Source: Marsupella aquatica (lineage: Eukaryota; Plantae; Marchantiophyta). From it: 64,000 bases of DNA. A model generated the notes under the pieces. That model searched no databases, was not told where the DNA came from, and worked only from the letters and a program-made list of their open reading frames with translations. The position numbers and the translations under genes were made by a program. Below are positions 35,926 through 49,181 of the stretch, one piece after another; the first letter of the stretch is position 1; each line of letters starts with the position of its first letter. The DNA is taken from positions 7,526,963 to 7,590,962 of the forward strand of contig OZ316893.1 of NCBI GenBank assembly GCA_973895155.1, written 5' to 3'.

Positions 35926-37272
35926 ATTTGCGTGGCAGAATGACACGCTACTCTAAGAGTTGCGTGAAAGAACGTTATTTGGGGATGGTTGCCGTCGAGC
36001 TTACAATAGTTTGTGCAAAGGATGGAGAATTAATCTAGGATCGTAATTTACGACGAGTGTGAAAGCCATTTCCTAACCAAATCCTTGTCCGTTACAAACT
36101 TGGTTAAGCTCTTGTTGTGAGGTCCCCAAACCTTGGCTGCAAATATAAATATCTTGGGAGGTCTTTATTTTGATATCAAACTCGAGTGTGCACCTGTTCA
36201 ATTCCTGTACTCCATCAGATACATCGTTTACAATGTGAATCGATTGCTATCCACTCACATGGCTGCAGCTTTATTTTAATAATCTACAGTCGTTGTAAGT
36301 GCCAAGGACGCACCGGCCTTTGATAGTGGGGAACACATCAAGTATTCAGAAACACTGGAAGGGCCAGTAGCTGATACAGAAGGATAGCTTTGGCTTTGTA
36401 ATTCTTTCAACAGTGCTGAATCACCACGATCCATTTGCTTTGTTTATTAAAGCCTGTACATTAGCCGTCCTTTCATGATAACTCATTTTTCTACTCTCCT
36501 CAACCTTTTACATTGAGAATGTTGTTCTGGAAATCCAGGAGCTGCACAGACACTCGTTGCAGTCAAGATATCAAGCACATTCAGATATCAAGGTCCGGAA
36601 ATAGGAGCAATTTCATGCTTTTAAATTCAGTCACTCTCAGCTTTGGTTCAAATGCAATGCCTGCTCAACATGGAGGCAACTTAATCTGAGATTTTCACGG
36701 ATGTTTGTGAGAGGTTGTGCCAGAATTTCGCTGGCATCTCATGACAGAAAAACACGAGAAAACAATTTCCTCCAAGCAACAAATCTTACGGTAGACATCC
36801 ACAGACTAGCAGGTGCAAAGAGCCGAAAATTCGTAAGGTAGAGAGCAGGCCTGGCCACCTGCTGTCCGCTTCATCCCAGTGCCACGGCCCAATAGCCTTA
36901 TTCAGATCAGGCCATCTCCATCGTTCTTTGACGGGCTTTTCAAATACTCAGTATCATCAGAAACTCCCATTTAAAACCCTAAGAGAGGACAAAATGCCAA
37001 TGCCAATTAGTTCAATATCCACGAGTGAACTGATCCCTGGTTGCTTGGATGCATGAAAACGAAACTGTTGGGTGACCGCATCACCTCAATTGCGTGTGCG
37101 GAAACCAACAAGAGTAGATACAGACACTGATACTGGATATTGTTCACACGAGCCTGACTTTTGAAACATTTTGCATCTAAACCCATTCGCATGGAAATGG
37201 GCATGCACTTACAAGTTGACATTAAGATTGCCGTCGCCTTTTGCCTGTTGTATTCTTTGCGTTGGAAGTCAA

Positions 37273-39178
37273 CTAATTGTCCCAGTAATCTAGCAGTCGG
37301 GCAATGTGCTTCAAAAGCTCGTCTTTGCCTTGCCCAGTTGTAGAACTTGTCATGATCCAGGGGGGTGTTTGGGCATATGACTCGTGAAGTTGCTTCTCAA
37401 ACTCTGCAACATTCTCATCAGGCGGCTTCCCTCCATTTTTCCTTTTCTTCCTCCTGTCGCACTTGGTGAATACAATAGTGACAGGAATCTACAACAACAT
37501 ATTCCCACAGGGATAAGTAGGCAGCAGAACTCAGTGACACCCAAAAATATCCAGAACAACCGGCGGCTCCTTTCAGCTTATTAGCACTAGCAGACCGTCG
37601 AAAGCAAGTTTGCATTGCAATTCGGACAGTTACACTCAAAGAGAAACGTTCACTGAAAATAAATGCAAACAATCCATCGGGAACTAACTACCTTATTCCT
37701 CCCCAGCCAATCAGCGCAGTCAAGATCAATCTGCAGTGGGGGGATGCTTGCATCCACAAGAAGTAATACCGACACCAATGTCTTGCGGTGGAGGAAGTAG
37801 GCCTTTGTGAAATCATTCCACTCTGTCTTTACCACCACAGGGGCTTTGGCATACCTGGGAACATTAATGGCACAGTACGACGGACGAAATTTCGTCAAAG
37901 AAAAAGTAAATACTTTTCAAAAAGCACAAAATGTGAACCCCAGATCATGGAATGAGTTTGCAATTCCAACCAGGCACTATGGACAATTAAGATCTATTGA
38001 TCGGTAGAGGATCCAATTTTCTGTCACAATTTTCTGTACAGACCAGACTCTCCTTCACACCTCCCGCTCTGTGTTCACCGAAGATTTGAGGCGATAGGTA
38101 GCAGCGCATGAGGAGAAAGTCAACCCGAAAGAGACTTTCATAAGACGCCAATACTGTCCCCTATGTATTTTCGCTGAGACAGGATGAAACTCTCATATAG
38201 ACTGATGATTCTACATATAAACTTACTCCTCGCGAACGTTCAAAAGCATTACCCATAGCCAGGCAAATCCACCAGGTACCAGCTCTTATTTATGCGAAAA
38301 TGATTTATTAGTTGAGTTTTGCCTGCACAAATCATTTCAACAAATCTTCAGCCTTCAAAAGAAATCAGTAAGAACCCACCTTTTATCAAAGAATCTCATG
38401 AAATTAAGGCACTGAATCTTTATCTCCAATCACGATACGTACACAATCCCCTAAACAACCACTATCAAAAGACTCATCCAATGAGAACGCGACAACGGTC
38501 TATGTACCAGATTCCTGGCGTTGGACTGCCTACGCTCAAGACCCTCAACGACATCAAATACTACGACTGCAATAAAGGAAAGAGCATACCAGGCCTCTTA
38601 GAAGTTTGTGCCATCTCCTTCCTGTTCACCAGGGCATTAATTAACGATGACTTCCCAACATTCGACCGCCCTACCAAAGCGAACTCAGGGAGCCCATCCT
38701 TCGGACATTCAGACTCCCGAGGACTACTTTTAATGAACTCAACTTCTTTTATTAAGTGACGTCGTCCCATGTTTACATCCATGACAATATTTGATCCTGG
38801 TAGCTTCCTCATATTCCCCTCTAGTTTGCTGACATCAATTTCGCTCGAGGTCGTTCGTCCAACCTCCTGCAAAGATCTTTCTTCTACCATCGTTGTTTCT
38901 TCAGTAGAGAACGACGCCAACACTCTTGAAGTGGCTGCAGCAGCTCTGACATGTGCTCTACCAGCCAAAGTTCTAGAAAAAACTAGGGATAACTCCTTCG
39001 CGGGACAAAAATCTTTCCAGCCTGAAAATCGATTATGAACTCCCAGAGGAATCGAGGGACGAATCATCGACAAGTGAGACCGCCGACTCTTAAAACCGCC
39101 AACAGGACCTCCCAATTCACTGCTTGAGGTAGAAGAGACGAAGGAGAGAGAAATTCGGCATTGTCGAAGGCACAACAT
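37273..39178 (-). CDS. engB: EngB/YihA (YsxC)-family GTP-binding protein with an organellar transit-peptide-like N-terminus, 4 exons
   Basis: Exons 39178-38590, 38322-38253, 37854-37692 and 37488-37273. G1 [10 protein letters not shown]2 PGKT, G3 DLPGYG, G4 TKCD, G5 TSS. S/R-rich N-terminus. Confidence 0.92.
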
Positions 39179-41018
39179 GGTGCCACAAGTCTAAGATCAC
39201 AACAGCGCACTGCTCAAACGAAGCTTCCAGAATTCGTTTGGTTCATAATTCCAAAAACAATGCCGGGATGCACTTTGCCCTACCACGACCCACCTATCCA
39301 CCGTGAGAGAAATCTTATTCAGCGAAAAACAAGGTTGCAGTAGAGAGGACGGGCCCAGACATTTTCCTCACGGATGAGCAGCGAATTGGTTCCACGAATT
39401 CGAATTGCTTCCTCAACCCTGCTCAGTTCTTTCAGCTCGTCCAGTCCTGAGGACCATGTACACCGCTTCCAATTTGTTCGATTCTCTGTTGACACGCTGC
39501 ACCATCCTTCAGCAGCAGGAGTGGATCTCTGAACACTGTACAATAGCTCTTCATTTGCAGCTTCCGGTATCATCGGTTTCAGGCCATTACTTGGGACGAT
39601 AGGGTTTAGGGTTTAATGGAATATACACACTTTTTACATACAAGGACCAAAGATAGTACAAACGAACAAACAAAAGGGGGTCCAAGTGGACAAAACCAAA
39701 CTTAAAACAAGTGAGCAATAGGGAATCACAAAACCAAGAAAGAGAAACTACAACTAACAAGAATACAGCTAAGAAGTGAGTTAGGGAACCCCTAAAAACC
39801 AAGAAAGAGTAACTAAAATTAATAAATAAACACTAGGAAACCCGTAAAAACCAAGAAAGAGTAACTAAAACTAACCCAAATGGACCGAGGTCCTCATCAT
39901 TCCTAGCAAATGTGGCAAAAAACTAATGATCCACATCAAGTGTCGAAACTAAATAGGCAAGTGGGATTGGAACATCCTCTAGGGGAGCGAGCCGCTGCGG
40001 GGGCACACTAGCACCCACTGTAAGAGATCGACACTTGATGTGGTTTAATGGGTCCCAAATAACATTTATCTAAATTTCATATTATAAAATTTTTAGAAAA
40101 TGAGCTTCAATCAATTTAAAAAGCATCATCCTCGGATGGATGGTCACCATGTTGAACATAGTGCTACCATGGAGCACATTTTGGTGGTCCATGGGAGTTT
40201 TGGGCTATAATTTGATGAGTATGAGTCTTGACATAATCTTTAGTTTTTCACTTGCAAAGCAACTAGAGAAGGAGGACACAATAAAAAAAACATAAGCCCT
40301 AACATTTTCATATTAACAAATGAAAATTAATGTGATAGAATTTACCCCTCCTCATTCATTCCATGATGAATAACTCAAACCAGAATGTTCAAAAATTCAT
40401 AGGCAGTTTGATGGGAGTGTACCTTAACTACTCCTCTAGCACATCCTCCAAACTAAAAATATTGAATTTATGAGCATCAAGTTATTACAATTAATCTCAA
40501 ATTTTGGGACATGTGGTCCATGGAGGTTTCAAAAGACCAACATTGTGGTCCATGGGAACATCATTTTCTGCATTATAATCATTTTGACATTCATAATATC
40601 TCATTTTTTTCTTTCCATTCACATAATTTTGGTGGGGCCCTAGAGTCATGATCTAAAGTCTTCACTCTAGAAACTCTAACTTCTAATCGCAATTAGTTGT
40701 ATAGATTAGAGCATTCCGACGGGTAGTCATGGACAACTTCTGCATGACCAGCTTGTGATCTCCCCTTAGTTAGCCTTGCAAAATTAAAATCTGGGAGCCG
40801 GGCCCACCAGAAGTTGCCACCCGTGCTCCAGAACTTGTGAATTTGGGAGGGTGGGCACCAAACACTATGAATTGCACAAATCAACCCATAGAACATCAAT
40901 GCTGATTCAAATTAACAATTAAAAATAGTTGTGTAAGATAAGACTTCTCAGTCTAGGTTTTAGTCTATTGTGATTGTGAAGGAGATACTGGTTTTTGAAT
41001 GTTTTGAGGACACATACA

Positions 41019-43701
41019 TGTTATGAGTCATCTAGCCCCAGACTAGACTAGAGTCACTATACCATGGTTATACCTTAACCATACCTGTACACACACATAT
41101 ATATAAAGCAGAACCGTGACCCCTAATCGGTATCTGATTCATTCTCGATTCATTCTCTCTTAACACGTTATCAGCTCGACTCTCGGAGGCTGAGCACTTG
41201 AACTTTTTTTAGGGATTCGACAAGTGACAAAAATTAGACACTTGAGGGAATCCCAAGACAAAATCCCTTCAAGGAAACCTTCATTTGAGAGTCCATGTCA
41301 ACCTGGTGTTGGAAATTGATGGAGTATCCTCTGTGAGAAACTAACTCCCAAGAAATTAGAAGAAGCAAAATCAGAAGGAGAGGCTGATCAGACAAAGAGT
41401 CGAACCCCTGGATTGACCCTTGTGGGATCATTAAAGCTTTAGAGGAATTGATTCTGAAATGTAAGATTGAAAGTACGCAGCATGATTTATGGAAGGAGGA
41501 GAAGAAACACTGCAGCGCAAAGTCCATAGAGAAACCAGGATAAAGTTTGGGCCGGAGTCAATCAATCCAATCAAAGAGACCTGATTGAATAGAGGCAGAG
41601 CACAATCAACAAAATTTCAATCAAGGTGAGATCTGAAAAGGCACCACACCCTATAGAGAACGAATGTTGCATTAGGGCTCAACAACCGGAGGGTGAAAAG
41701 GACTGAAGGAAATATGAGGGATGGAAACCTCATGAGAAGACAACACAGTGATCACCGACGTAGCCGCGAAGCCATGCAAAAGGGGGAGAATTGATGCACA
41801 AGCCCAAAACGGCAAAATTTGGACCAGGCTTTTCGAGAAACCATCGACAAAACTTGATAAGTGCAAAACCCCCATACTTGCAACTCATTATAAAGAGTAT
41901 TTTTACTTACAAAAGAATCAGATCACTTAAAGCATCTTTTTCAAAGTTTTTAAATCACTTTAAGATACATGTGTAATCCTTAACATAAACCTAAATCACA
42001 AGCTTACACTCTCATTTTACAAATGTGAATAATGTGCCTTTACACAACACATTGAATACATATAACATGGTTATTACACCATTAATATCACTTTCCACCA
42101 TAGGGAGAGGAAAGCACATTGTACCCACAACTATCTCCCACCTCCTAATGTCATTTTGGTTCATTCACCTTCTAGTACCATTTGAACTTATACACCTTCT
42201 AATATCATTTGATCTCATAAGATCCAAACGGACTCAGATAAGAAACTTTCCATGACTAACAAAGGTAAAGGTAGAGATGATTTGATAGTGGGCAAAGCCC
42301 CTAATCTCATCTATACATGAGTTAATGAGGGAGTTAATATGGGCAAAGCCCGTAATCTAACCCCTACATGCTCTTGATCAGTGGGCATTCCTATCGGACC
42401 TTACCTATAGATGAGTTCCAAATTTCAGAGATATTCCTCACACTCACAATTTTAAGAGAAAATAACATGCATTTTATGCAGATCAATGGGAAGAAACTTC
42501 ATTGTCTCTAACTTATCTACTCAAAAACTTAAACCAAACTCATACACTACAATGAAAAGTACCTCTGTACTTGGCCATACTTGGCTATACCAGGAGTTTG
42601 CCACTCCATGACACTCTTGTCAAAATAACACAAAACATTGCAGACGTGCAAGGCAGAAGTGCCCATTTTAAGACAAATCATGCACACGCCCTGGTGATGC
42701 CATTTTAAGCAAATTTATATATTCTCTCACAAGGCACACCCTGTTCTACAAGAGAAAACAACTTTTCAATATACATGATTTCTCCATGTGCCCACTGCAC
42801 ATGCATCTATAGTTAAATCCCTCAAACTCAACTTGAGAAGGAAATAGTACATGTACCTCAACCTCATGTTGAGGGGGAGATAACATCATTCAAACCATAC
42901 ATATCCAACATAGGATAAAATCCACGTAATATACACAAATCACATACAAATACCCAATTATATTCTCTTACAAGGAGTAGAAGTTATTATTTCTATCCCA
43001 CACTTGACATTTGATAACACAAACCTACGACCACAAGATATAGCAACATACTATCATACCACTTTCATCTTTGAGGGGGAACAACACAATGTGATTTTCC
43101 AGCTACTAACCTAAGCTCCTCATTATATTGGACATGAACTTGACTTGTTTGTTGCCAGGCTTCATCTAAGATATTGCAAACTTCTGGAGACAATTGAAGT
43201 TCCTGTTGCATCTTAATACCTTTGACGACCCTACATACCATGCGATTGACTTACAACACATGATATCTACTGATTGATGACTCCACCTAATGCTAATGCA
43301 TTTTCCTTTATCGCCAAGAGGATCGACGGGCTGTACTCTTTTTCCTTTAGGGTCATATACTTTTTTCTCTACTACCCTAGTAGAGTTATTTTTTACCTCA
43401 ATCTAGCCCCGCTAAAGGTTTTAACGAGGCAGTCCACCTCTTTGGTCAACGTAACATGCGTATCTATAAGCATGATGATAAATTATCATTTTTTTGTCTA
43501 GCTCTAGGACTAGTCTAGATTGTCTTCATAATTCCCATTATGTCGTCAATGGGGAGTGTTATGAGTCATCTAGCCCCAGACTAGACTAGAGTCACTATAC
43601 CATGGTTATACCTTAACCATACCTGTACACACATATATATAAAGCAGAACCGTGACCCCTAATCGGTATCTGATTCATTCTCGATTCATTCTCTCTTAAC
43701 A
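41019..43701 (+). mobile_element. Young non-autonomous copia-type LTR element (TRIM/LARD-like, Bianca-like signals)
   Basis: TG..CA LTRs at 41019-41165 and 43557-43701 that differ only by one CA unit. TSD ATACA, PBS CGTTATCAGC, PPT ATGGGGAG. No long internal ORF. Confidence 0.9.
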
Positions 43702-45908
43702 ATACATTGTTTTTATATTTCTTACAAAAGAGCAGCTGTCCCTCCTTAAGTGCAAATATGCAGGCGCACAACAAGCTTAGGGGGACTTTACAAGATGATG
43801 GGGGGAATTCAGTGTCTCTCCATCCAAAGCAAAGCTGATGTCCAGTTTCATACACTCAAGTTCAAATGCATGAGCCAAAATGTGAAGAGAAGATAAATGT
43901 AATACCCTGAATAGCAGCTGCCACTTGCACTAATATAACTTTTAGACCACCTCAAGAAGAGGTCTAAGTTTTTGGCAAAAAAACACACACACATCAGCGA
44001 AAAAAGGGGTCCCACTGACATATGATTAGGTTCAATGATGGTTTTGCCTGATTATTGCCCAAGTTCATGTAAAGTGAAGTGTGGCCTGTTCACACATTTG
44101 AATGGTTAGGATTGTATCTCTACATTAGAAAAAAAAAACAAGTACAGCCCCCAAGTTCTTATAAAGCCCACCTTATATTAACGGAGTAGAGGAAACATGA
44201 GTGACAGTTTTAAATATGAACATAGAGTTATAGTTGCAGCTGTTGCCAAGGTAGAGATTCTTGCAATTGTTTTCTTCGGCGTAATTAGCACTAATTGAGA
44301 GACTTGCAGTTATGCCTAATAAAGGGACCTAGCACCCTGAATCAAGTAAAAGTAAGTGGCTATGGACATCATTCTACCCTCTTCCTGTCAATGCAACATT
44401 CTATAGCTTGACTTTTACAATTATCACTCCGTTGAAAAAATTCCAATCATGGACACGAAGCCCTCCGCTATGTTGACTGTGTACATTCCATAATTGCAAT
44501 TGATACTCGATAATTTTCCTGACAACTCGTTGGTTTGCATTTAGGGAGTGATTGCACTTCGTGCGGTTGACCTTAGGTAGGGACCACTCTGCGTGTACTA
44601 CAAGAGTAAAAATGTTTCTCTACTTCCAGTTTATTTCTGGCCTTCATCAACCAGAATTTTCTATCGCAACCCCTTTATCTTCTTGCACGTTGTTGGTACT
44701 TCTTCAATAAATTTATCTGTTCTCCTTCAAACTTTTAGGAAGTGGAAGCTTAGATAGGACAAAAAGGGTTGGCACTGCTACTTGGATAGACTCATGGACA
44801 TTTAAAATGTCACAGTACTCCCGGAACCTTACACTGTCATGGTGAGGAAATGTAATAAATTTTATGCATCGTAACCATGTTACCCAAAAGAACAGAATTC
44901 CTTGAATTGAATTAGAACTGAGGCCATTATGTGGACAGAATACTGGAAAAATAAGACCATGGAATACTTCTTCTTACTAGTCAAGTGCATGTTTACATGT
45001 CATCTCTGGAACACATATGTCAAATAGGTCATGCTAACAAATTTAAATCTTTATTTATGTCGGTCAGGTCTTTGTCATATCCTTCTAGTCATCACGTCAG
45101 TGTGTCCTCCCTTCCACGTCAAATTTTTAGTGTCAATACCAATGACAAAATAACAATGTAATGCATCGTGTATGTACGGGTTCCCTCACTCACTCATTGA
45201 AAAACGGTGGCCTTGAAAGACGGTGCGAATTTCCACAGAAAAGTCTCTCCACGTCGTCAAATTTCAACGCAACTCCAGACATTTACATAGTAGGTCCTCG
45301 GGCCATCTTTTGGCCCCCCACAACCCACGACCTCAGATTGACCGTGCCAGGTTCGATCCTGGGCCGGCGTGCCCCTTTAGGCTTTAGGTACAGTAATCCG
45401 ACATAATTATAGAGGACAAAGAGAGCATTCATGGCTATCCTATGTGAGCGGATACTCGGATAGGCGGATAGCCAAGTTATCAAAAGGTCTGACGTGAAAC
45501 GTTCACTTTTCAGCATCCCACCACTTTTCAGCATCCCACGAAGATACCGTATCAGAACTTTGAATCGTAGGCGTCCATCATCGAGATCGACGGATACGAT
45601 ACAGTTTGAGGGAATAAGAGATAAGAATCGCACTCCGCTCTGCGCAAGCCATCTCTCTCGGTTGGATCGCCGGCTCGTTGGATTAAATGGATGGATGAAC
45701 GCAGGGGTGGGGTGGATGGACGGACTCCTATTGACGGAGAGCCCACAAGCTGGCTTTCTCACAAGTGAGTGTTGCTCAGGCTGAGGACAGGATAAAGGCA
45801 GGAACGACGATGGAAGGGTACCCAAGGCCAGGAGGTGGTCATTATCGGCCCTAATCAGGAGCGGTGATTCCAGGGGACGAGGGGGTTACAGCCATGGCCC
45901 TAAGCATA

Positions 45909-46236
45909 AGGGCAAGGTTCCATGGGGCTGGGAGAGAGGAGTGCACATGTGTGTTAGCATGTTTGAGCCAATAAAGATCACAACTTTTCCAGTATTAGGA
46001 GTGTACAAATATGATAATAGTGAGTATGATTTTCTCACTCCATGTTAAACTTTAGGGGCACCGGGCACCCCCCCCCCCCCTGTGTAGGGGCAATACAATG
46101 CATTCTCATTGGCTCTAAAATCAAAACCCATATATTTTAAACACTATGTACACATTGGCATATTTTGTATTTAGGGCCCAGGGGTTGTCAGAGGAGTGAT
46201 CGTACTCCCTGCCCCTGGCCCATGGAACCTAGCCCT
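45909..46236. mobile_element. ~330-bp MITE
   Basis: TIR AGGGC(A/T)AGGTTCCATGGG in a TA/TAA context. The exact TSD is ambiguous. Confidence 0.7.
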
Positions 46237-46839
46237 TAATCTTTCCTCGCATCAGGTTTGAAAGTTTGAGACTTGGCGAGGCATGGGTTAGCAAGTAATT
46301 GAGCTTGTATTCTCGGCTAAAACTAGCCGAGCAGGAATCAGACTATAAAATCTGTCAAAGCATGGGCCTGCTGCTAAAATTACAGCAGTATCGAGCATAG
46401 AAGCATATATGGGTCCATTGCTGAAAATTAGCTGACCATAGGTCATCTCTTGAATCAGCCAAGCAGGGGTCCACTATCAAACTTAGTCAAGCATGGGTCT
46501 GTTTCTAAAATCAGTTGTTTAATCTGTTACATTGAACCATGATCGTTTTGCATAACACTTACAGTTCCACTAATTGGTTGTATGCTGAGCTGCTTCACTG
46601 GTGAGACAAGCTTTTTCAACACATCGACAATGTCTTCATGTTCCAGCCCATCCCTCACTATATAAGATAGGTTGAATTGAATTAAAAGAAATCAGCATGA
46701 AATACACTCTTCACTGTTATGAGCCTTCGGGTAGGAGGAATGAGCCATATAGAAGTCTTTCAAGTCCCAGCCGATCCCCTTATTACATAAGATAAGTTGA
46801 ATTAAATCATAAGAAATTAACGCAAAATCCACTGAGTGA

Positions 46840-47320
46840 TTGACTGAATAATCATGTTTATCATGGCATGGAGTGACTTAGTACACCTTCTATTGTCATA
46901 CTTTGATGGGACTCACCACTATGACCCTTAGAATGAGAGCAAAGAGCTTTTGAAGAAAGGGAGGACTAAGGAATAGTATGGAATGAAAGGGCGAGATGGA
47001 GGTAAATCAGACAGCTTGCATGGACGGACAGACTCAAAATGTGTTAGTATATTGCTTACACTCAGTGGTTTAAACAGAATAATCATGTTTATCGTGGTAT
47101 GGCATGACCCCTCTTACACGTGATATTTTGATGTGCAATTACCTCGTACACACCACTATGACCCTTAGAATGGGAGCAAAGAGTGATGAGAGAATGGAGG
47201 ACACAGAAAACATTGTGGATTGTTTCCCTCCCTTCCTCCCTTCCTCCCTCCCCTGGTTTGCAGCTTGGAACGAAAGGGACGGGCCGGAGGTAAATCAGAC
47301 AGCTTGCATGGACGGAAGGA
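46840..47320. repeat. Diverged tandem duplication (~240-bp period)
   Basis: GAATAATCATGTTTATC, CACCACTATGACCCTTAGAATG and GGAGGTAAATCAGACAGCTTGCATGGACGGA each occur twice. Confidence 0.7.
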
Positions 47321-49181
47321 TGGCAGAGGGGTACGGTTCTGTACGGCAAAGGCTCGGCTAAAAGTCAGACCGTAGGTTTCTCGGACAGACTGATGGATGG
47401 CGACTCCAGCTGATAGGTAAGGCCGCAGACTGTTGGTGTCGTCTTCCGTCACGAGAGCAGGAGGGACATGCGAAAAGGAAGGAAGAGGAACAAAAGACGA
47501 ACGACAAATCGAGAAAGAGAAGAGAGAGAGCGAGAGAGAGAGGGAGAGAGAGAGAGCTTTTGTTTGTTTGTTTGGCGAGAAAGAGGGAGCGACGAGACGA
47601 CAATCGACAATCGAGTGCGTTGTATTGTTGTTGAGGAACAAATTTGTTGGTTGTGTAGCGCGAGAGAGAGGGAGGGGTGCCGCGACGACAATGGAGGAGG
47701 AGTGAATTGTTGGCAATACTGTGTCTCAGTTGTGTCGTGGAGCCGAGTGTTGTTTGTTGTGTGGCGAGAAAGAGGGAGCGACGAGACGACAATCGAGTGT
47801 TTGTTGTGACGGAGGAAGGGAGGGAGGGAGAAGAGCACAAGGCCTGGCCTGCGCTGTGGTGCACTGCATGTAGCCTGGAGGGGGATTGATTATTGTTGTC
47901 GAACGTGGCTGAGAATGAGCGTGTTGTGGTGACTGATGTGTGTGCGGGGAGGAGATCGTCGTTTTGGGGACTAGTCTTCGGTGAATTTCTGAACTCATCG
48001 CGATCATGTGTAGTGAGGGAGGGAGCGAGGGAGGGAGGGAGTCAGGCAGGCAGGAACGTCTGTCGAGCTTGGCCGGAGCAATGAGGCGTTGATTACAATG
48101 AGCGAAGACAGTGAGCGAGCTAATGAATGAGTACTGAAGTGATTGAGTGAGCCATGGAGTTATGATGAGTGAACAGGTTGATCGACGATAGTGTTGGGGC
48201 GGCAGTGCTGATGGTTGTTGGTTTGACTTGCCGGCATCGCCTCGCCTCGCCCCCGCCCCGTTTTCCACTATGTTCGAGAAATTGTAGTTTCTAGAGTTGG
48301 AGTGCACCCTCCTGCCCTAAACTCGCAGCAGCCCCGTTGATGTAGTGGTAGAGCATCTTGTGAATCCCGCCTCTGTTTGTAACTCAAATTAGCGTGAGGT
48401 GACGTCGGCTTGCGAATTTCGGCCTGTCTGTTATTTTCGAGAGCAGGGAATAACGTGGATGGAAATGCATCTCTTCTCATATCTGAATAGTCTGTGCTTC
48501 TTCTTGATGCGGTACTTGTAACGGATATTGCAGCCCTGGGGATTTTATTTTTGGGGTACACTCCCTCGACCTAGTTGGAAATAGTCTGTTGACCTAGATG
48601 AGTGGATAGAGGGAACTATTAGATCCCACTGGCCCAGAATAGCAGGTTACCGGGAGTTTTGGTGTAGTGGTCAGTGGTTCAGGGATTCAATCCTGTGCAA
48701 TTGTCCCAACATTTGCACGATCATTGGTCAATCAGATCCGTATGTGACGTCTTTCGGCAGATCCACATTGAGAATATTCTTTTCATGTGTGGCATCTAAT
48801 TAGCTTTCGCATAGCTTCTCCTTCTTCTTTCATAAACTTTCTATTGATTGAAAAGAACTCAGAAAATTGGTGAAGAAGGTGCTGATGGTGTGTGCTCTAA
48901 CTCTTGGCACCTGTGCTTCGGTTTTCCAGGCGTTCTGTCCACCGCATCCTGAAATTTTCTCAGGATGTCAAGAAGGCTTTTCCCACAAGATAGTGGCCAT
49001 GCCCTGTCTTGCATATGGGTGGGGGTTTCAGTCCATGGCAGTTGTACCCCACGCGTGTTTTAAAATCCGGTTTCAGCTCGGTGGTGTGATTCAAGGGGAT
49101 ACATCTTTTTGTTGACAATCCGGTTGTCCATCAACAGAGGAGAGGAAACTGGTATTGAGGAGGGGCGCTTTACCAACCGAA

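Noticed and set aside
45340-45375. CCAGGTTCGATCCTGG, tRNA T-arm-like
   Set aside because: No acceptor, D or anticodon arms could be folded. At best a SINE or tRNA relic.
47089-48561. Many short ORFs upstream of LCBK1
   Set aside because: Low-complexity translations of GA-rich leader DNA with no recognisable motifs.
48655-48710. A-box/B-box-like TGGTGTAGTGG...GGATTCAATCC
   Set aside because: The spacing is too short for a tRNA, and no SINE tail or TSD is visible.
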